This document shows positions 21,127 to 33,112 of a stretch of 35,087 nt of DNA, piece after piece. Below the pieces are notes generated by a model, which did no database searches, was not told the origin of the DNA, and saw only the letters and a list, made by a program, of their open reading frames with translations. The DNA lies in contig UYFQ01000118.1 in the NCBI GenBank assembly GCA_900617105.1, positions 1-35,087 on the forward strand, read 5' to 3'. The first letter of the stretch is position 1. Each line of letters begins with the position of its first letter. A program made the translations under genes and the position numbers. This DNA is from Hydrurus foetidus (Eukaryota).

Positions 21127-22899
21127 ATGTTGTATACGACGTACAGTAACAAGAAGGGGGAAGAGACGTCTCAAATGTCTCTACTGTACGAAGTGAAAGT
21201 GCACCCTTCTATATTCATCGATCACTTCTCTGAGCAACTGAGGGAATATTGTAAACATATAGCTAAGCTTTGCCGACAAAAACACGCTCATAAAGAACAA
21301 GACCGTAACTTCCTTCCTGAGGCTCTCACTGTGGATATAGACTTCTCACAGAACTTCGTGTATACGGACAGAATAAACGCAATACAGTCGGACCATTGGA
21401 AGTCCTCTTCGACGACGATCTTTGTTGCTGTTGTGCGATACCTGTGTATTGAATCTTGGAATCAACCACCTGTTGCTCTTAAGAGGGGACAATCGGTTTC
21501 AATCATTATGAAAACCAATGATGGTGGAGGTGACGTTTATGTGTATGGTGAGGTAGATGAGGATCAGGCTTCTACTGATGGTTCCATCTCAGTGAGACAC
21601 CCCACAATGGTAAATGCAGAAAAGTATCTGCCTGAAAACATGAGAGTCAGAGAAGTAGTGTCCGTGCCGCTTATAGTCGTTTCTGATTCAAAACTTCATG
21701 ACACGTACTTTGTACGTTATTTTTTATCAGAAACCCTACTTGGTGATACGGGGTGGTTAAACACACAGACAAGGGAACTTGGACTTGCTGATAGAGTTAG
21801 GACATTGCATATCTGCAGCGATGGTGCTGCAGCACACTTTAAGCAGAGAGGAAGTCTACATTATATTACAGGCCTATCTGTCACCTCGAAATACAATATG
21901 ACTTGGACTTTTGGTTGCCCGGGCCACGGAAAGGGAACTTGGGATGGGCTCGGGGGAATTATAAAAAATAAAACTGGGCATTATTTAAAAGCAGAGGATG
22001 TCTTCGTCTCAAGTGCGAAAGAGGTTTATGATATCATTTATGAATTATTCGCGAGTGTCAAAGCGCAAGCTAGATTCGACGCAAATCCTAGTATCAAAAT
22101 AAAAGAGTGGAAGATATTGTGGTTACCTGATTCCGTCATAGGTCGTCCACCAGCCCAATCTAAAAAACCTAACAAATCTAAAAAAGGAAAAGATAAAGAA
22201 AAAGATAAAGATAAAGAAAAAGATAAAGAAAAAGATAAAGAAAAAGATAAAGAAAAAGATAAAGAAAAAGAAGATGAGGGTGCGGATGATGACGAGGTTG
22301 GCGAGAGGAATAAATTCAGTCCGCTAAAAGCATTTCACAATGTAGGTACGAGGGGTATCTTCTATTACAAAGCTGAACATAGGGATGGATTCAGTGTAAG
22401 ACTAAGTGCTTGTCATTGTCCATATTGTATAAGGGATTATCATGCAACTGGTATGGGGTCGTTACCCACAGGCTGTTTAAGTAAAGAGGGGTATCAATAC
22501 CTAATATGTCAACGATTAGATGAGGAATGGAAAACTGAAAGAGAATCACTGATGGCGAGCTTGTCCCTAAATATTGTAGGACATGTAAAAGAAGGAAACC
22601 TAGTGGCTATAGCCTCATCTTCCTTGATGCAGGGATCAAGTAACAATATTTACGCCTCATATGAAATCGGCAGGATTTTTCATGTTAATGATGATGATAC
22701 ATATAACTTGCACTTATATGTGAGGGATCCTAATAGCATGACATACGCGAAGCCGACGCATCTTAATACTATGATTATTCCCCACAGTAAGATTCGCATT
22801 GTTGTCCTCGAGGAAGTGGTTGATATTGATAAGAAAATTGTACTAGACAACTTTACTGTTGAGAGAGTAGTAAAAACTTGTTTTAATGGATCAAATTGA
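21127..22899 (+). CDS. Sola2-like DDD transposase, probably N-terminally incomplete
   Basis: Motifs DIDFSQNF, QSDHW, SDSKLHD, SDGAAAHFK, GHGKGTWDGLGGIIK, and a later CHCPYC...C. Confidence 0.78.
   Translation: MLYTTYSNKKGEETSQMSLLYEVKVHPSIFIDHFSEQLREYCKHIAKLCRQKHAHKEQDRNFLPEALTVDIDFSQNFVYTDRINAIQSDHWKSSSTTIFVAVVRYLCIESWNQPPVALKRGQSVSIIMKTNDGGGDVYVYGEVDEDQASTDGSISVRHPTMVNAEKYLPENMRVREVVSVPLIVVSDSKLHDTYFVRYFLSETLLGDTGWLNTQTRELGLADRVRTLHICSDGAAAHFKQRGSLHYITGLSVTSKYNMTWTFGCPGHGKGTWDGLGGIIKNKTGHYLKAEDVFVSSAKEVYDIIYELFASVKAQARFDANPSIKIKEWKILWLPDSVIGRPPAQSKKPNKSKKGKDKEKDKDKEKDKEKDKEKDKEKDKEKEDEGADDDEVGERNKFSPLKAFHNVGTRGIFYYKAEHRDGFSVRLSACHCPYCIRDYHATGMGSLPTGCLSKEGYQYLICQRLDEEWKTERESLMASLSLNIVGHVKEGNLVAIASSSLMQGSSNNIYASYEIGRIFHVNDDDTYNLHLYVRDPNSMTYAKPTHLNTMIIPHSKIRIVVLEEVVDIDKKIVLDNFTVERVVKTCFNGSN
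22188..22271 (+). repeat. 12-bp coding repeat (KDKE)n
   Basis: (AAAGATAAAGAA)n inside the transposase ORF. Confidence 0.9.
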
Positions 22900-23285
22900 T
22901 GACAGAACCAAATGCCATTCAGCATACAATATAATTATCATTAAAGTACTAGAAAGTGATTTGTTTAATTCTCATATAGACGATTTTGACCCATTTTTGA
23001 ATTAAATAGTGTAAGGGTCCGTTCGGTAACTTTTTCTTTTACCGGATTACCCCAGGGTACCCCAGATTCCACTGGAATTCCACGAAACAGTGGATTTTCA
23101 AATCCAGCCTCTTGTTCGGCATATTTCGTCCTACTGTATTTTTAAGATTTGCACTGGATTAAAAAAACAGCTTCTCACTCGTTTTCTTTTTACTGGAAAT
23201 TGGGAAATTGCCAACTCTTCTCTTGCATCTCTATCACACATCACTATCACATCTCTTCATCACAATCTTGAAGTGCAACAACATC

Positions 23286-24397
23286 ATGAGTGTTAAGATA
23301 ATTAAAGACAGAGCAAAATGGTCTGATGAGACTCGATTCCACTTCATCACTGCAATGGTAACTGAGACAGAGAGAGGAATTTGCGTTGACAGCGGCTTCA
23401 AGAAGGTTGCATGGCAGCGTATTGTTGACGACCTGAACGAACAATGTCGCGGCACGTACACGAAGCAGCAGTGTCAGAGCTTCTATCCAAAGCTCAAAGC
23501 TGATTGGACAGCTTACTCCGCTATAGTTGGTAACAGCGGATTTGGTGTAGACCCGGACACCCTTGCTCCAACAGCGCCAAAGTCGGTATGGGATCTTCTT
23601 ATCCTGGCACATCCTTTGGCAGCGCAGTTCAGGAACAAAGCCCTGAAAAATTTCGCTGAGTTGGACATCATTTTCAATGGCAGCGGGGCAACTGGCAAGT
23701 ATGCAAAATCGCCTTTTACTCCAGTGACACCTCGTCATAAACATGGCAATGACTTGTGGGGGAAAAGCTCAAACGAGGAGGTCGATAGAGTTTCCAAAGT
23801 GGCCAGAAAGTCACCTCCGATTTCTGCGCAGCCCCAAGCGATGAACTCTGAAGATGACGAGACTATGAGCGGTGATGACAGTGCATTCCCTCGACAGTCT
23901 ACGAAGGTTTCAGCAATGAAGCTCAACCGAGGTTATTATGAAGACACTTGTGCATGTGCCTGTTTTGACATCATTGCTAATTTCTTGCGCATCTACCAGC
24001 TGATGCAGTGGACCAGTTACCGCCAGCCAAGAAGGCTACTGATGACAGTGGCTCAAGCGATGATGAAGATGGGTCGCGCACACTATCTAGGAAGAAACAA
24101 GTGCCAGTTAAGCCATTGCCGGTCAAGACTCAAGCTAGGAAGCCAAGAGAGAATGCACAAGAAGAAGTTGTCAAGCTACTCGGAAAAATTGTGTCTAACC
24201 AGGAAGTCTTGGTGAAGCACCATACAGCCAGCAGTTCTCTGACGCAAGCGATGTCACTGTTCAAGGAAAAGTACTCAGCTGATCTGACTGCTGTAGAGCG
24301 ATTCAAGTTTCAGAAATACTTGAAGGACAATTCTGAGTTATTCATCCTAATGGACGATGAAGAGATGAAGACATGCATTGATGACTGTTTGAATTAA
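23286..24397 (+). CDS. Harbinger Myb/SANT-like DNA-binding protein; exons 23286-23931 and 24000-24397 (~347 aa)
   Basis: AKWSDE...SGFKKVAWQRI...YTKQQCQS...LKADW...SGFGVD...VWD...HP...FRNK...LDIIF. A 68-bp phase-1 GT-AG intron with a CTAAT branch site joins ORFs 23208 and 24008. Confidence 0.85.
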
Positions 24398-24827
24398 GTT
24401 AGAGCAGAGTGGTCATACATGTTAACCACTGTATTTTGCTACGATAATTACTCGAATCACATCTGTAACTACAGTTGTTTATGCTGATTAAGTTAATGAA
24501 AGAAATGGTAAAACAGAACGGTAAATTTTATGTTAGCCGTTTTTTAAAATAGGTGTCTGTCACAGCAGTTTTTGACGTCAATCTTTGAAATACGGCAGCA
24601 AAAATAATTGATTCACATTCTGTGCTTTTGCCAACGTCTTAAAAGTTTGATGATTGATATGGTCGTATTTTTAAATTATTTATTTTTAATCTTTACATCA
24701 ACGATAAATTCATACTAGACAGTATTTTTGTTGAATAGTTAATTGGATGGGTCAATTAGTTACGGCTAACGTCCAATGAAGCAGTAAAGCAGGAATGCCG
24801 TGTGTAACAGAGAATTAAAGAGTTTTC

Positions 24828-25901
24828 TTAAACCTCATCTTCGTCAGATTCCAAGTCGTTATTGTTTGCATAAACAAGATAATCATTCCACATTTCATTA
24901 GCAATGCCGTCTCTCTATTGTTTCAATTGATCATAATTTCCATGTGCTTCATCGACATCATCTAAATCATCCAAATCATCTTCTACATCTCTTTCACCTG
25001 GAGGGATAGGTGCGTTAAATTCATCGTCGTATAGTTGATTGGATCGTATAAAATTATGTAGCATTAGGGAGCACATGACAAGATCGCATTGAAATGAGAA
25101 TGAATATGACTTCATGACAACAAGTACAGGGAATCTTTTTTTGACAACGCCGAATATTCTCTCAACGACATTTCTAAGTGATGAGTGACGATAATTAAAA
25201 AGTTCTTTCGCATTCTGAGGTCTCTGATTAGCATTGCCCCACTCTTTAAGATGGTATCGAACACCTCGATAAGGTGTAAGAACATGCTTTGACAACCCAT
25301 ACCCAGCATCGCCTAGATAGTATTTATTCGGGAATAGAGGTAATCCCTTAGTTTTAGCATCATTCAATACTCTACTGTCATGTGCACCACCTTCCCATCC
25401 TGTGAGCACATAGCTAAAAGTTTGATCAAAGTTAGCCACCCCAAGGACATTCTGGGTAAGAACTTTCTTCCTGTTCCGGAATGGTCTCTGTTCCGCCACT
25501 GGTACAAATGCAGGAATATGGGTTCCGTCTAAAGCACCAATGCAATCATTGAAGTAAGGTGTGTACTTGTATGAACTCAATATTTGCGGAGCCACAGGAT
25601 CGTCCACTTTTGCAGGGAAGAGAAAATGGTGATGACAACGTAACATGACTGCGGCAACTTCGTGCACTACGAGAGATGTCGTTGATCCAGAATGTTGCCA
25701 ACGTTCACATATTCCCCTGTTAGAATTGCCAACAAGCACGAGAATGAACATGAGCAGCTTTTCTCCTGTTGATAGATACTTGGAGTTTTTGAATTCTCCC
25801 TGGGTCTCCAGTAAAAGAAGCAGAGCTTCGAATGTGGACTTGTCCATTCGTGTAACGTTTCTGAACCTTGCAAGATTGCCTGTATCTTTGAGTTCTTCGA
25901 G
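24828..25901 (-). pseudogene. Harbinger DDE transposase, main part
   Basis: CIGALDGTHI, GWEGGAHDSRV, YYLGDAGY, FNYRHSSLRNVVERIFGVVKKRF, LHNF. TAG at 24915-24917 precedes the conserved RDGIANEMW, so it is probably premature; the next stop is at 24828. Confidence 0.93.
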
Positions 25902-26098
25902 TATGGCTCGGGATGGGAAAGGAAGAGGCGGAAGACTAGGAGTGGTAGTTAGTTACAGCAGGAAAGCTAGAAGCTAGGGTGAACTTCTACGTGGAGGCTG
26001 TAAGTGGCTACGACGATACAACAGACTGTAGTGTACGGTGGGTAGTGTACCGTAGTACTATCCGGTAGGATCGGGACCTTGGACCCGGAACTACCACA
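25902..26098 (-). repeat. Gypsy-C 3' LTR
   Basis: TGTGG...CCATA on the minus strand, preceded by PPT. Confidence 0.95.
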
Positions 26099-26455
26099 CT
26101 ACCCCCACTTATCCTTCTTTCTCAAAGAAAATCTAAACTACACTAAACTATGGCGAAACCCCCGTGTCTATGTTTGAAAATAACCATATTTTACATAAAT
26201 GATAACGGAAAACGATAACCAAAAAAATATGTACAATATTTTAAAAATGTGAAATTATGTACAAAAGAAACTACAAAGGGGTTTCGGAAATCGTGAGAAA
26301 GATAAGGATAAGGGAGGATGTACAAAACAGAATCGTTCTGTTGTACGAGGGTCAAACGTAATTATGTCAGATTTTTACTGACTAAAAAACCATAAAAATC
26401 CCTCGTGAGGGCAAAAATTAGGCCAAAAAATCTTCAAAAGATATTACGTTTGAGC

Positions 26456-29058
26456 TCAAACCTCGGTGGTTGATCCCTCAATATTCCTGGGAACAAAACG
26501 CGACATGTTATTGTTCCTCAGGTATACATGGAGTGCATCACAGAGCCGGAGATTCTTCCAGGGCTCCCATGTATTATGTGAGTCATCATAGTTGAGCCAT
26601 TTCACATGGAACGACATCGTAGTCGGTTTCTTTGTATCACCCGAGTGATTAAGAACTTTCTCAACGAAATACTCCATGTAATCGCGACGTGCTGTATCAG
26701 CAGGTAAGCCCATCGAAGGGTCATAATTGAATATTTTAAGATTCGTTACATGTACACTATTGTGTTTATGTGTAATTAAGTTCGCGAGAACATACTCGGA
26801 TCCTTCAAAGGATACAACACGGAAAGGGCCTTTCCATTTAGTGTGTAATCGAGTTGGAGGGTGTTCTTGTTTTACCAAGACATACGACCCTATAGGAAAC
26901 ACTGTCAAACCGGATGTCGACTTTTTGTGTTTTTCATCACATTTTTGAAGTGAGTCGATTGCTGCATCGAGGACTTTGTCCTGTATCTCGATTAAATCAG
27001 CAATATATGTTGAATTTGATGATGATACCATTGGTAACAAATGAGGTGTTAAAATTCCTCGATTCAAATCAAGTTTATCCGCGAATAGGATAGATGCTGG
27101 ACTTGCACCCGTACGTTTATTAACCGAACTATTTATAATTCGTTGTACGAACGGAATGCATTTTGCATAATGGACAAGAGACGGTGTATCGAACACCAGT
27201 CCTTTCAAATGTCTATTTATCTCTTTATTGACTCGTTCAACAATCGCATTCTCTTGAGAGGAGTAAGCTAGAGTGAGGTTATGGGGCGTACCCGTAAGAT
27301 CTAAGAACTCTTTTATGAGATCATTAGCGAAATGGGATCCACGATCCGATCTTATCATGTTTGGCGAACCGAATCGACCAAAATGTGTTAATAAATTCTC
27401 CGCTGCAGATTCGGCAGTAGCGTCCTTACACCAGAACATTTCTGTCCATCTGGAGAAGGTGTCAATTATGACGAGAATATACCCCTTATCGGGAAAGGAC
27501 CCACAAAGTCAATATTCAACGTATCGAAAATTGCGTGAGTAGAAGTTGAAAAATGGGCCGCATTGATTTTCGCATCAACCGCACTTAGTTTTTGACAACA
27601 AGGACAGTTCCGTATGTATGAACGTACGTGCTGTTTCATATTTTTCCACACTTGGTTTAGACTGTAAAGTCGAGTGAGGGTTCGGTCGACACCGTTGTGA
27701 CCCACAATTGCATTGTGGCACATCTGGATATGAAGTATTTGTTCATCTGTGGCCGGTTCGATAACCGTTAAAGCCGCCACACTTGTGGAAGAAGATGAAG
27801 ATGATGATGAACAAACATCTCTGACAATTGTCAACGGTAGAGCAATTTCAGTAAGATTTGGACATAAACGTGACAGCGCATCGGCTAATTCGTTATCCGA
27901 TCCTTTAACAAAATGAACGGTGAAATCGAGTTCTTGCATTGCAATGAACCACCGTGCTACCATCGAAGTAGGGTTTTGTTTCATATATGTCAAATTCATA
28001 TGATCAGTATGAATAGTGAATTTCCTATCTCGGATAAGGTAATCCAATTGTTGGCAGCAATAAAAGATAGCGTAAGCCTCCTTTTGTATTGTTGACCAAT
28101 TAATCTGAGATGCAGATAGAGATTTGCTAATAAAAGCGATTGGTTTCCATTCGTCATTAATGACTTGGAATAATACACCACCGATTCCATAATCAGATGC
28201 ATCAGTATATAATCTGATGGGTGAGGTTTCATCGATGAAATACATCAATGGACAACGAGATACCGCGATCTTTGTCTCATTGAATGCGTTTGTCCCCTCG
28301 AGGGTCCAAAAAATTGGAGAGCGTTTAACCGCCTTTGGGTCCACCATCATGTGAAGTGGTTTTACCATTTCTGAGTGAAAAGGAACGAATTGACGGAAAT
28401 AATTGGCTAAGCCAAGGAATCCCCGTAATGCCGTAACTTCTTTTGGAAGTGGAAAGTTGAGCACTGTCTCAATCTTTTCTTTCGACATGGATAAACCATC
28501 TTTGTCGATGACTCGTCCGACGTATTCGATACGTTTAAGACCGAATCGGCATTTCTTTGCTTTGAGTTTAAGATTTTTAAGTCTAAATCTCTCAAAGACT
28601 TTCCTCAAGTTCAAAAGAAACTCTGCTTCGCCCCGGCCATATACAATGCAATCGTCGAGATACATCTCGCAACAGCTGTATATGAGACCGTGAAGGACCG
28701 TTGTCACCATCTGCTCTTGAAAGTAAGAGGGGGCACGACAAGGGCCAAAAGGCAATCTTGTGAATTGAAACACCCCCATGAAACATATAAATGCCGTATA
28801 GATTCGGTGGGGTGTATATAAAGGAGCTTGATGGTAACCCGCGGTTAAATCCATCACCCCATAAATATCCGGTTTTCGATTACCGATCCTCTCAAAGAGG
28901 TGTTTGATATTTGGTAGTGGAAAGGAGGCCGGCTCAATGCATTCATTGAGTGCTCGATAATCGATGCAGGTTCGATATGTATCGGCTGTCTTATTTACCA
29001 TTACAGGATGACTGTAGTATGCAGCGTTCGACCTCTCGATCACACCATCTTCCAACAT
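26456..29058 (-). CDS. pol: Gypsy-C pol (RT, RNase H, integrase, chromodomain), frameshift near 27490
   Basis: RTCIDYRALN, YLDD, YTDASDYGIG, KEAYAI, TDH, NELADALSR, HHCC finger, RSDRGSHF, WKGPF, YFVEKVL...VKWLNY...TWEPW. Confidence 0.95.
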
Positions 29059-31870
29059 CTCTTCGATAGAAGTGCGGAGATAATGTTCCTTTTAGAGGAT
29101 TGGGGTCGCACGGGTGCGTGGTTCGATGGAACCTCCCATTTCTGCCGTGGCAGGTTTATCTCAAACGGCTTGAGGTCAGCAGCTTGCGGAGCTAGCTTAT
29201 CACTGAATATATCAGCGAATTCAGAACAGAGAGTACGGAGATCGTTTTGAAGGCTTTCATCTCCTTCAAAATGAATCTGAGACAAGAAATCATCCGGCCC
29301 ATTGGGCGGTACATTCCGGCACGTCTTGTCACGCAAGAAAGGTGCGAAGGTATCAGTTTTATCATCGTCAATCTCGTCAACGGAGAGTGCGACACCGCTT
29401 GGCCATATGGCTTCCGCGTCATAGTCTGATGTAACAGTGTCCCCAGAGGTATGTGTGAGGATGGGAATCGAGTCACCATCTAGGTGCGGGGTATCACCCG
29501 TACGTTTCGCGAGTACAGTCGAGACACTGTCCAGTCGCTGACAACCCACATCACCACATGGACTTTGGGTAGCTACTCCCTTGGTACCATCCTGGGTAAC
29601 GTTACACGTGAACGTTGTATGACAATCTGATCCCACGACTTCCTTGGTTAGAGGTGCGTGCAGAATGGCCTTCTTAGGTGTTGGCTTTGGGCATAGACCG
29701 TATGGTTCTTTCCGATCCGAAAGTCTTGCTTTTGTGATACCCTTTAACATATCGTATGTAGGTGTAATCGACTCCACTTCCGGTTCTTCGGGTATGAAAC
29801 CCTCAGATATCATACGTCTGGTGTATTTGTGCCAGTGAAGCGGGTCAAGCTTGGCTATCGCTTCCCTTTCTTCAAACTCGAGCCAACGAGCATCACGCTT
29901 CCTTTTGTTCTCGGCACTAAGCTCGGGAGAAATGCCAAAAGCGAAAGGTGTTAATGACATAAAATCATATTTATTTACAGTTTTTCGACTTAGTAAAAGT
30001 TCAATGTCTGTGTTCCTATTAACCCGCATCGTTAAAAGGATGGTATGACATTCGCCGTCATAAGAATGAAATTTAAGAATTAAATCAATCATTTCGTTAT
30101 TTATATAGCACTGGCCATCGAGACCAGAGCAAACAGTAATGGTTTTAGAAGCTGTATAACAGTTATGTTTAGCATTCAATTTATCAATCATAGTGAAAGA
30201 AATAAAATCCTCGGAGTAATTGGCGGTATCGAGTACGGCCTTGCCCACAACGCGTCGTACGCTAGATTGGCGCTCCTTATCCTTATCCTGCACCAAAACC
30301 GTTACGTTGAGATGGTCAGAAGGTAGAATTGATGGATCATGCAAAAATTCATCGGGAATAATTGCTGGAATGACCGATGCAGTAATGCATGATACTGAAT
30401 GTTCCATGTCAGTGACATCAGATGAATCGACATCATGATCATATGTACCTTGTTGGTTTGCAGAGCCGGTGCTCGCGTTGTTATCCCCTTGGGGCGGGTT
30501 GTATCTACCCCCTCGAGGGTTTTTCCCTTGATACCCTCTGCCACCACCTTGGTTACCCGCAGGACCGGGGTTCCCTTGATTGCGGTTTTGGTTGTTTTGG
30601 TTTCCGTAACCTTGGTTGTTTTGGTTACCGTAACCTTGGTTCTGGTTACCTTGGTTTTGATTCCCGCGGTTTCCGGAACCTTGGTTTTGGTTCCCCTGAT
30701 TTGGGTTGAACCCTTTACCTCCACCCTGGTTACCCTTGTGCTTCTTGTTATTGCACATCAAGTAAGGGGGTGCCCCTGCAGGGTGGAATCTCTCCCTGGT
30801 TTCGAACCCAGGTAGGATGAGTCTTTCCTGCCACATAACTTCACCTTGTGCCAGCCATGCCTTACCTACAAACGAATCAGACCAGTTACAGCCGTGATCG
30901 TTGTTGGTATCGGAATAGTACATGACTGTACAATCTGATAGAATATGTGCAGGGTTTCCGCATGAGCGACAAACCCGGGCAGCGGACACTAACGGTTCGT
31001 CAAGTGTCGAACGTACCGCTAGGTTGCTACTCCCACTTGGGATATCTACATCACGTATAGCCAGTGTGCTCGCCCGCTTTTTAGTAGAGCGGGGAGGAGG
31101 GACTGCTGTACTCGGAAACGAGTAGACAATGTCAGGGTTGCCATAACTCCTGCTCATGTGGATTGCCTCGCGAGCCGCCGTGACGACCGCGATAATGCGC
31201 AACATGGCGACTTCCCACGTCTTGGGGGACTCATTGTCACGTGCTTTGTGAGCGACGTAATCACCCAAGATTCGGCTCCCTCGAGGGAGTCGTTTCTCAA
31301 GAATCGCTATCAACTCGGCATGCTGAGATGCGGTGATATGACGGACACGTTCGTGATCCGTGGCGATCTCTTTGTACGCCATGTACGTTACTAACTCTTC
31401 CTCATCGGAGGAAAGAGAATAGTGGAAAGGGACCTTAGCAAACAGTTCTGCTAAGGTATGATCCCCTTGTTTGTTCTTGCAAAAGTATTGCATTACCAAC
31501 TTGCCAACACTCTCTATCGGAAGGAGGTTTTGCCAATTAAGGCGTTGCTCGTTGGTAATAACTGCCAGTGTCGACTGATCAGTTAAGATTTTAACATGAA
31601 GCAAATCGATTGCTTGACGTTGCATGCATTGTTTAATATGCAAGTGAGGCAAGCGTTGTGCTTGCTCATAGAATTCTTCAGCATCCTGCGGAGTAATATA
31701 ATCCCCCGTAGGATGAATATCTCTCGCTGGATCTGAAGCGTCTGGGGAAACCCCATGCTTGACGATTGTGAGCTTTGTGAGATGTTAAGGATGTTTCCTT
31801 CCTCATCAATCTCATGCTCGTTGTCTGGCTCATTTGGCTCAGGCTCAGGATGTAGACCGTCGTCTTCCAT
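29040..31870 (-). CDS. gag: Gypsy-C gag-protease-spacer, frameshifts near 31680 and 29090
   Basis: CRSCGNPAHILSDC knuckle, G/N/Q-rich tract, AVLDTANYSEDFIS protease; the C-terminal part aligns with Gypsy-B ORF 5186. Confidence 0.9.
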
Positions 31871-32449
31871 CTCCTATCGTAGGATGAGCAGTCGATGTAA
31901 ATCGAGTTGTATCGCAGCGTGGGCGAGCTTTCTTCGTCAAAAAAATTTTGCGAGAGCTTCGCCTCGTTCGCGTATCGAGTACTTTACGCAAGTAACAGCG
32001 AATGAAAGAATTTCAACCCACTCTTGTCGAGAAAAATTCTATGGCGTGAAAGCCGAATTTTGGGTGATCGAAAATTTTGTGTCCTGTTAAGGATGAAGGA
32101 AGAACTTCCTGTCGACCAAAAGACGTCCTTAGACTAATCTGATGTCGCTAGCAGTGGAACCGGTGTCCAAATTGCTAGTGGAGAACTCCTTAATTTCGAG
32201 TTGGGAAGCCTCTCGCGACTTCGACCAAAAACGAACTTTTGAAGACACCTTTCGGAGGGTTTCAAGCAGGAAGCGGCTACGCCAAACTCCTGTAAACTTA
32301 AACTAAGTTCTCGGAGCTTCGGGCTCAACGAGAAAACGACTCCTCGGAAGTCGTGGAGTGAATCTACTCCTTTGGAAGTCTATCTAAAGTTTGGGACAAG
32401 TAGATAGGTAGAGAAAGAAGCGAAGAAGGATGAGCGGGAATAGCGCTAT

Positions 32450-32645
32450 TATGGCTCGGGATGGGAAAAGAAGAGGCGGAAGACTAGAGAGGTAGTTAGT
32501 TACAGCGGGAAAGCTAGAAGCTAGGGTTAACTTCTACGTGGAGGCTGTAAGTGGCTACGACGATACAACAGACTGTAGTGTACGGTGGGTAGTGTACCGT
32601 AGTACTATCCGGTAGGATCGGGACCTTGGACCCGGAACTACCACA
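32450..32645 (-). repeat. Gypsy-C 5' LTR
   Basis: Near-identical to 25902-26098. Confidence 0.95.
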
Positions 32646-32778
32646 CGAGGTAAATTTGTCCTGTAAGTAACGAGTCATGCTGCGCACAGTGCTGACTTTT
32701 GTCATCAAGTAAGCCACTTTTTAGGATGATCGCAGCAACTGAGATGGCATCAACGCCTGTTAAGCCAACTTCATTCAT
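32646..32778 (-). pseudogene. Harbinger transposase N-terminal part
   Basis: ATG at 32778; joined across the TSD it reads ...HDSLLTGQIYL-EELKDTGNLARFRNVTRMDKSTF, in frame with ORF 24915-25847. Confidence 0.9.
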
Positions 32779-33057
32779 TTTCTTCCTTTAGCGACACTTC
32801 GTATTTGTCCTGCTCGACAGTGAAGAATTAATGGACTCACAACATTCGAATTACTCTAGCGCAAGTCCGTGGTGTTCGATACCGAACTTCCACTGGATTT
32901 CTGTATCCACTGGAAATACAAATTCCACCGCTTTACGAATCCACTGGAACAGAATACAGAAGTTGCCGAACGGACCCTAACAGTCCCGGGGGTCAAAATG
33001 CTAATTTCTTAGAAATAAATTTTCTACTCAATTTTTTTGTTTTATTATAATCTGTTC

Positions 33058-33112
33058 TACTACACATGAGAAAGTACCATCTACTTATACTACACATGAG
33101 AAAGTACCATCT
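33058..33112. repeat. 25-bp direct repeat, 30-bp period
   Basis: TACTACACATGAGAAAGTACCATCT twice. Confidence 0.85.

Larger units (their letters stand above)
25902..32645 (-). mobile_element. Chromodomain-bearing Ty3/Gypsy element Gypsy-C, near full length
   Basis: LTRs 25902-26098 and 32450-32645 (about five differences), 4-bp TSD CGAG (25898-25901, 32646-32649), PPT at ~26099-26123, gag-PR-RT-RH-IN-chromodomain. Confidence 0.96.
23015..32977. mobile_element. PIF/Harbinger DNA transposon, two convergent genes, interrupted by Gypsy-C
   Basis: TIRs GGGTCCGTTCGG(T/C)AACTT at 23015-23032 and 32960-32977, TSD TAA at 23012-23014 and 32978-32980, Myb/SANT gene plus DDE transposase. Confidence 0.96.

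Noticed and set aside
24915..24917. TAG stops here and at 3535 as a sign of an alternative genetic code
   Set aside because: Long ORFs, including the host gene, have no internal TAG codons; isolated mutation or local read-through suffices.
27466..31700. Gypsy-C frame breaks as programmed frameshifts
   Set aside because: The breaks near 27490 and 29090 are inside conserved coding sequence at short homopolymers, and Gypsy-B is continuous at the equivalent sites, so decay or sequencing error is more likely.
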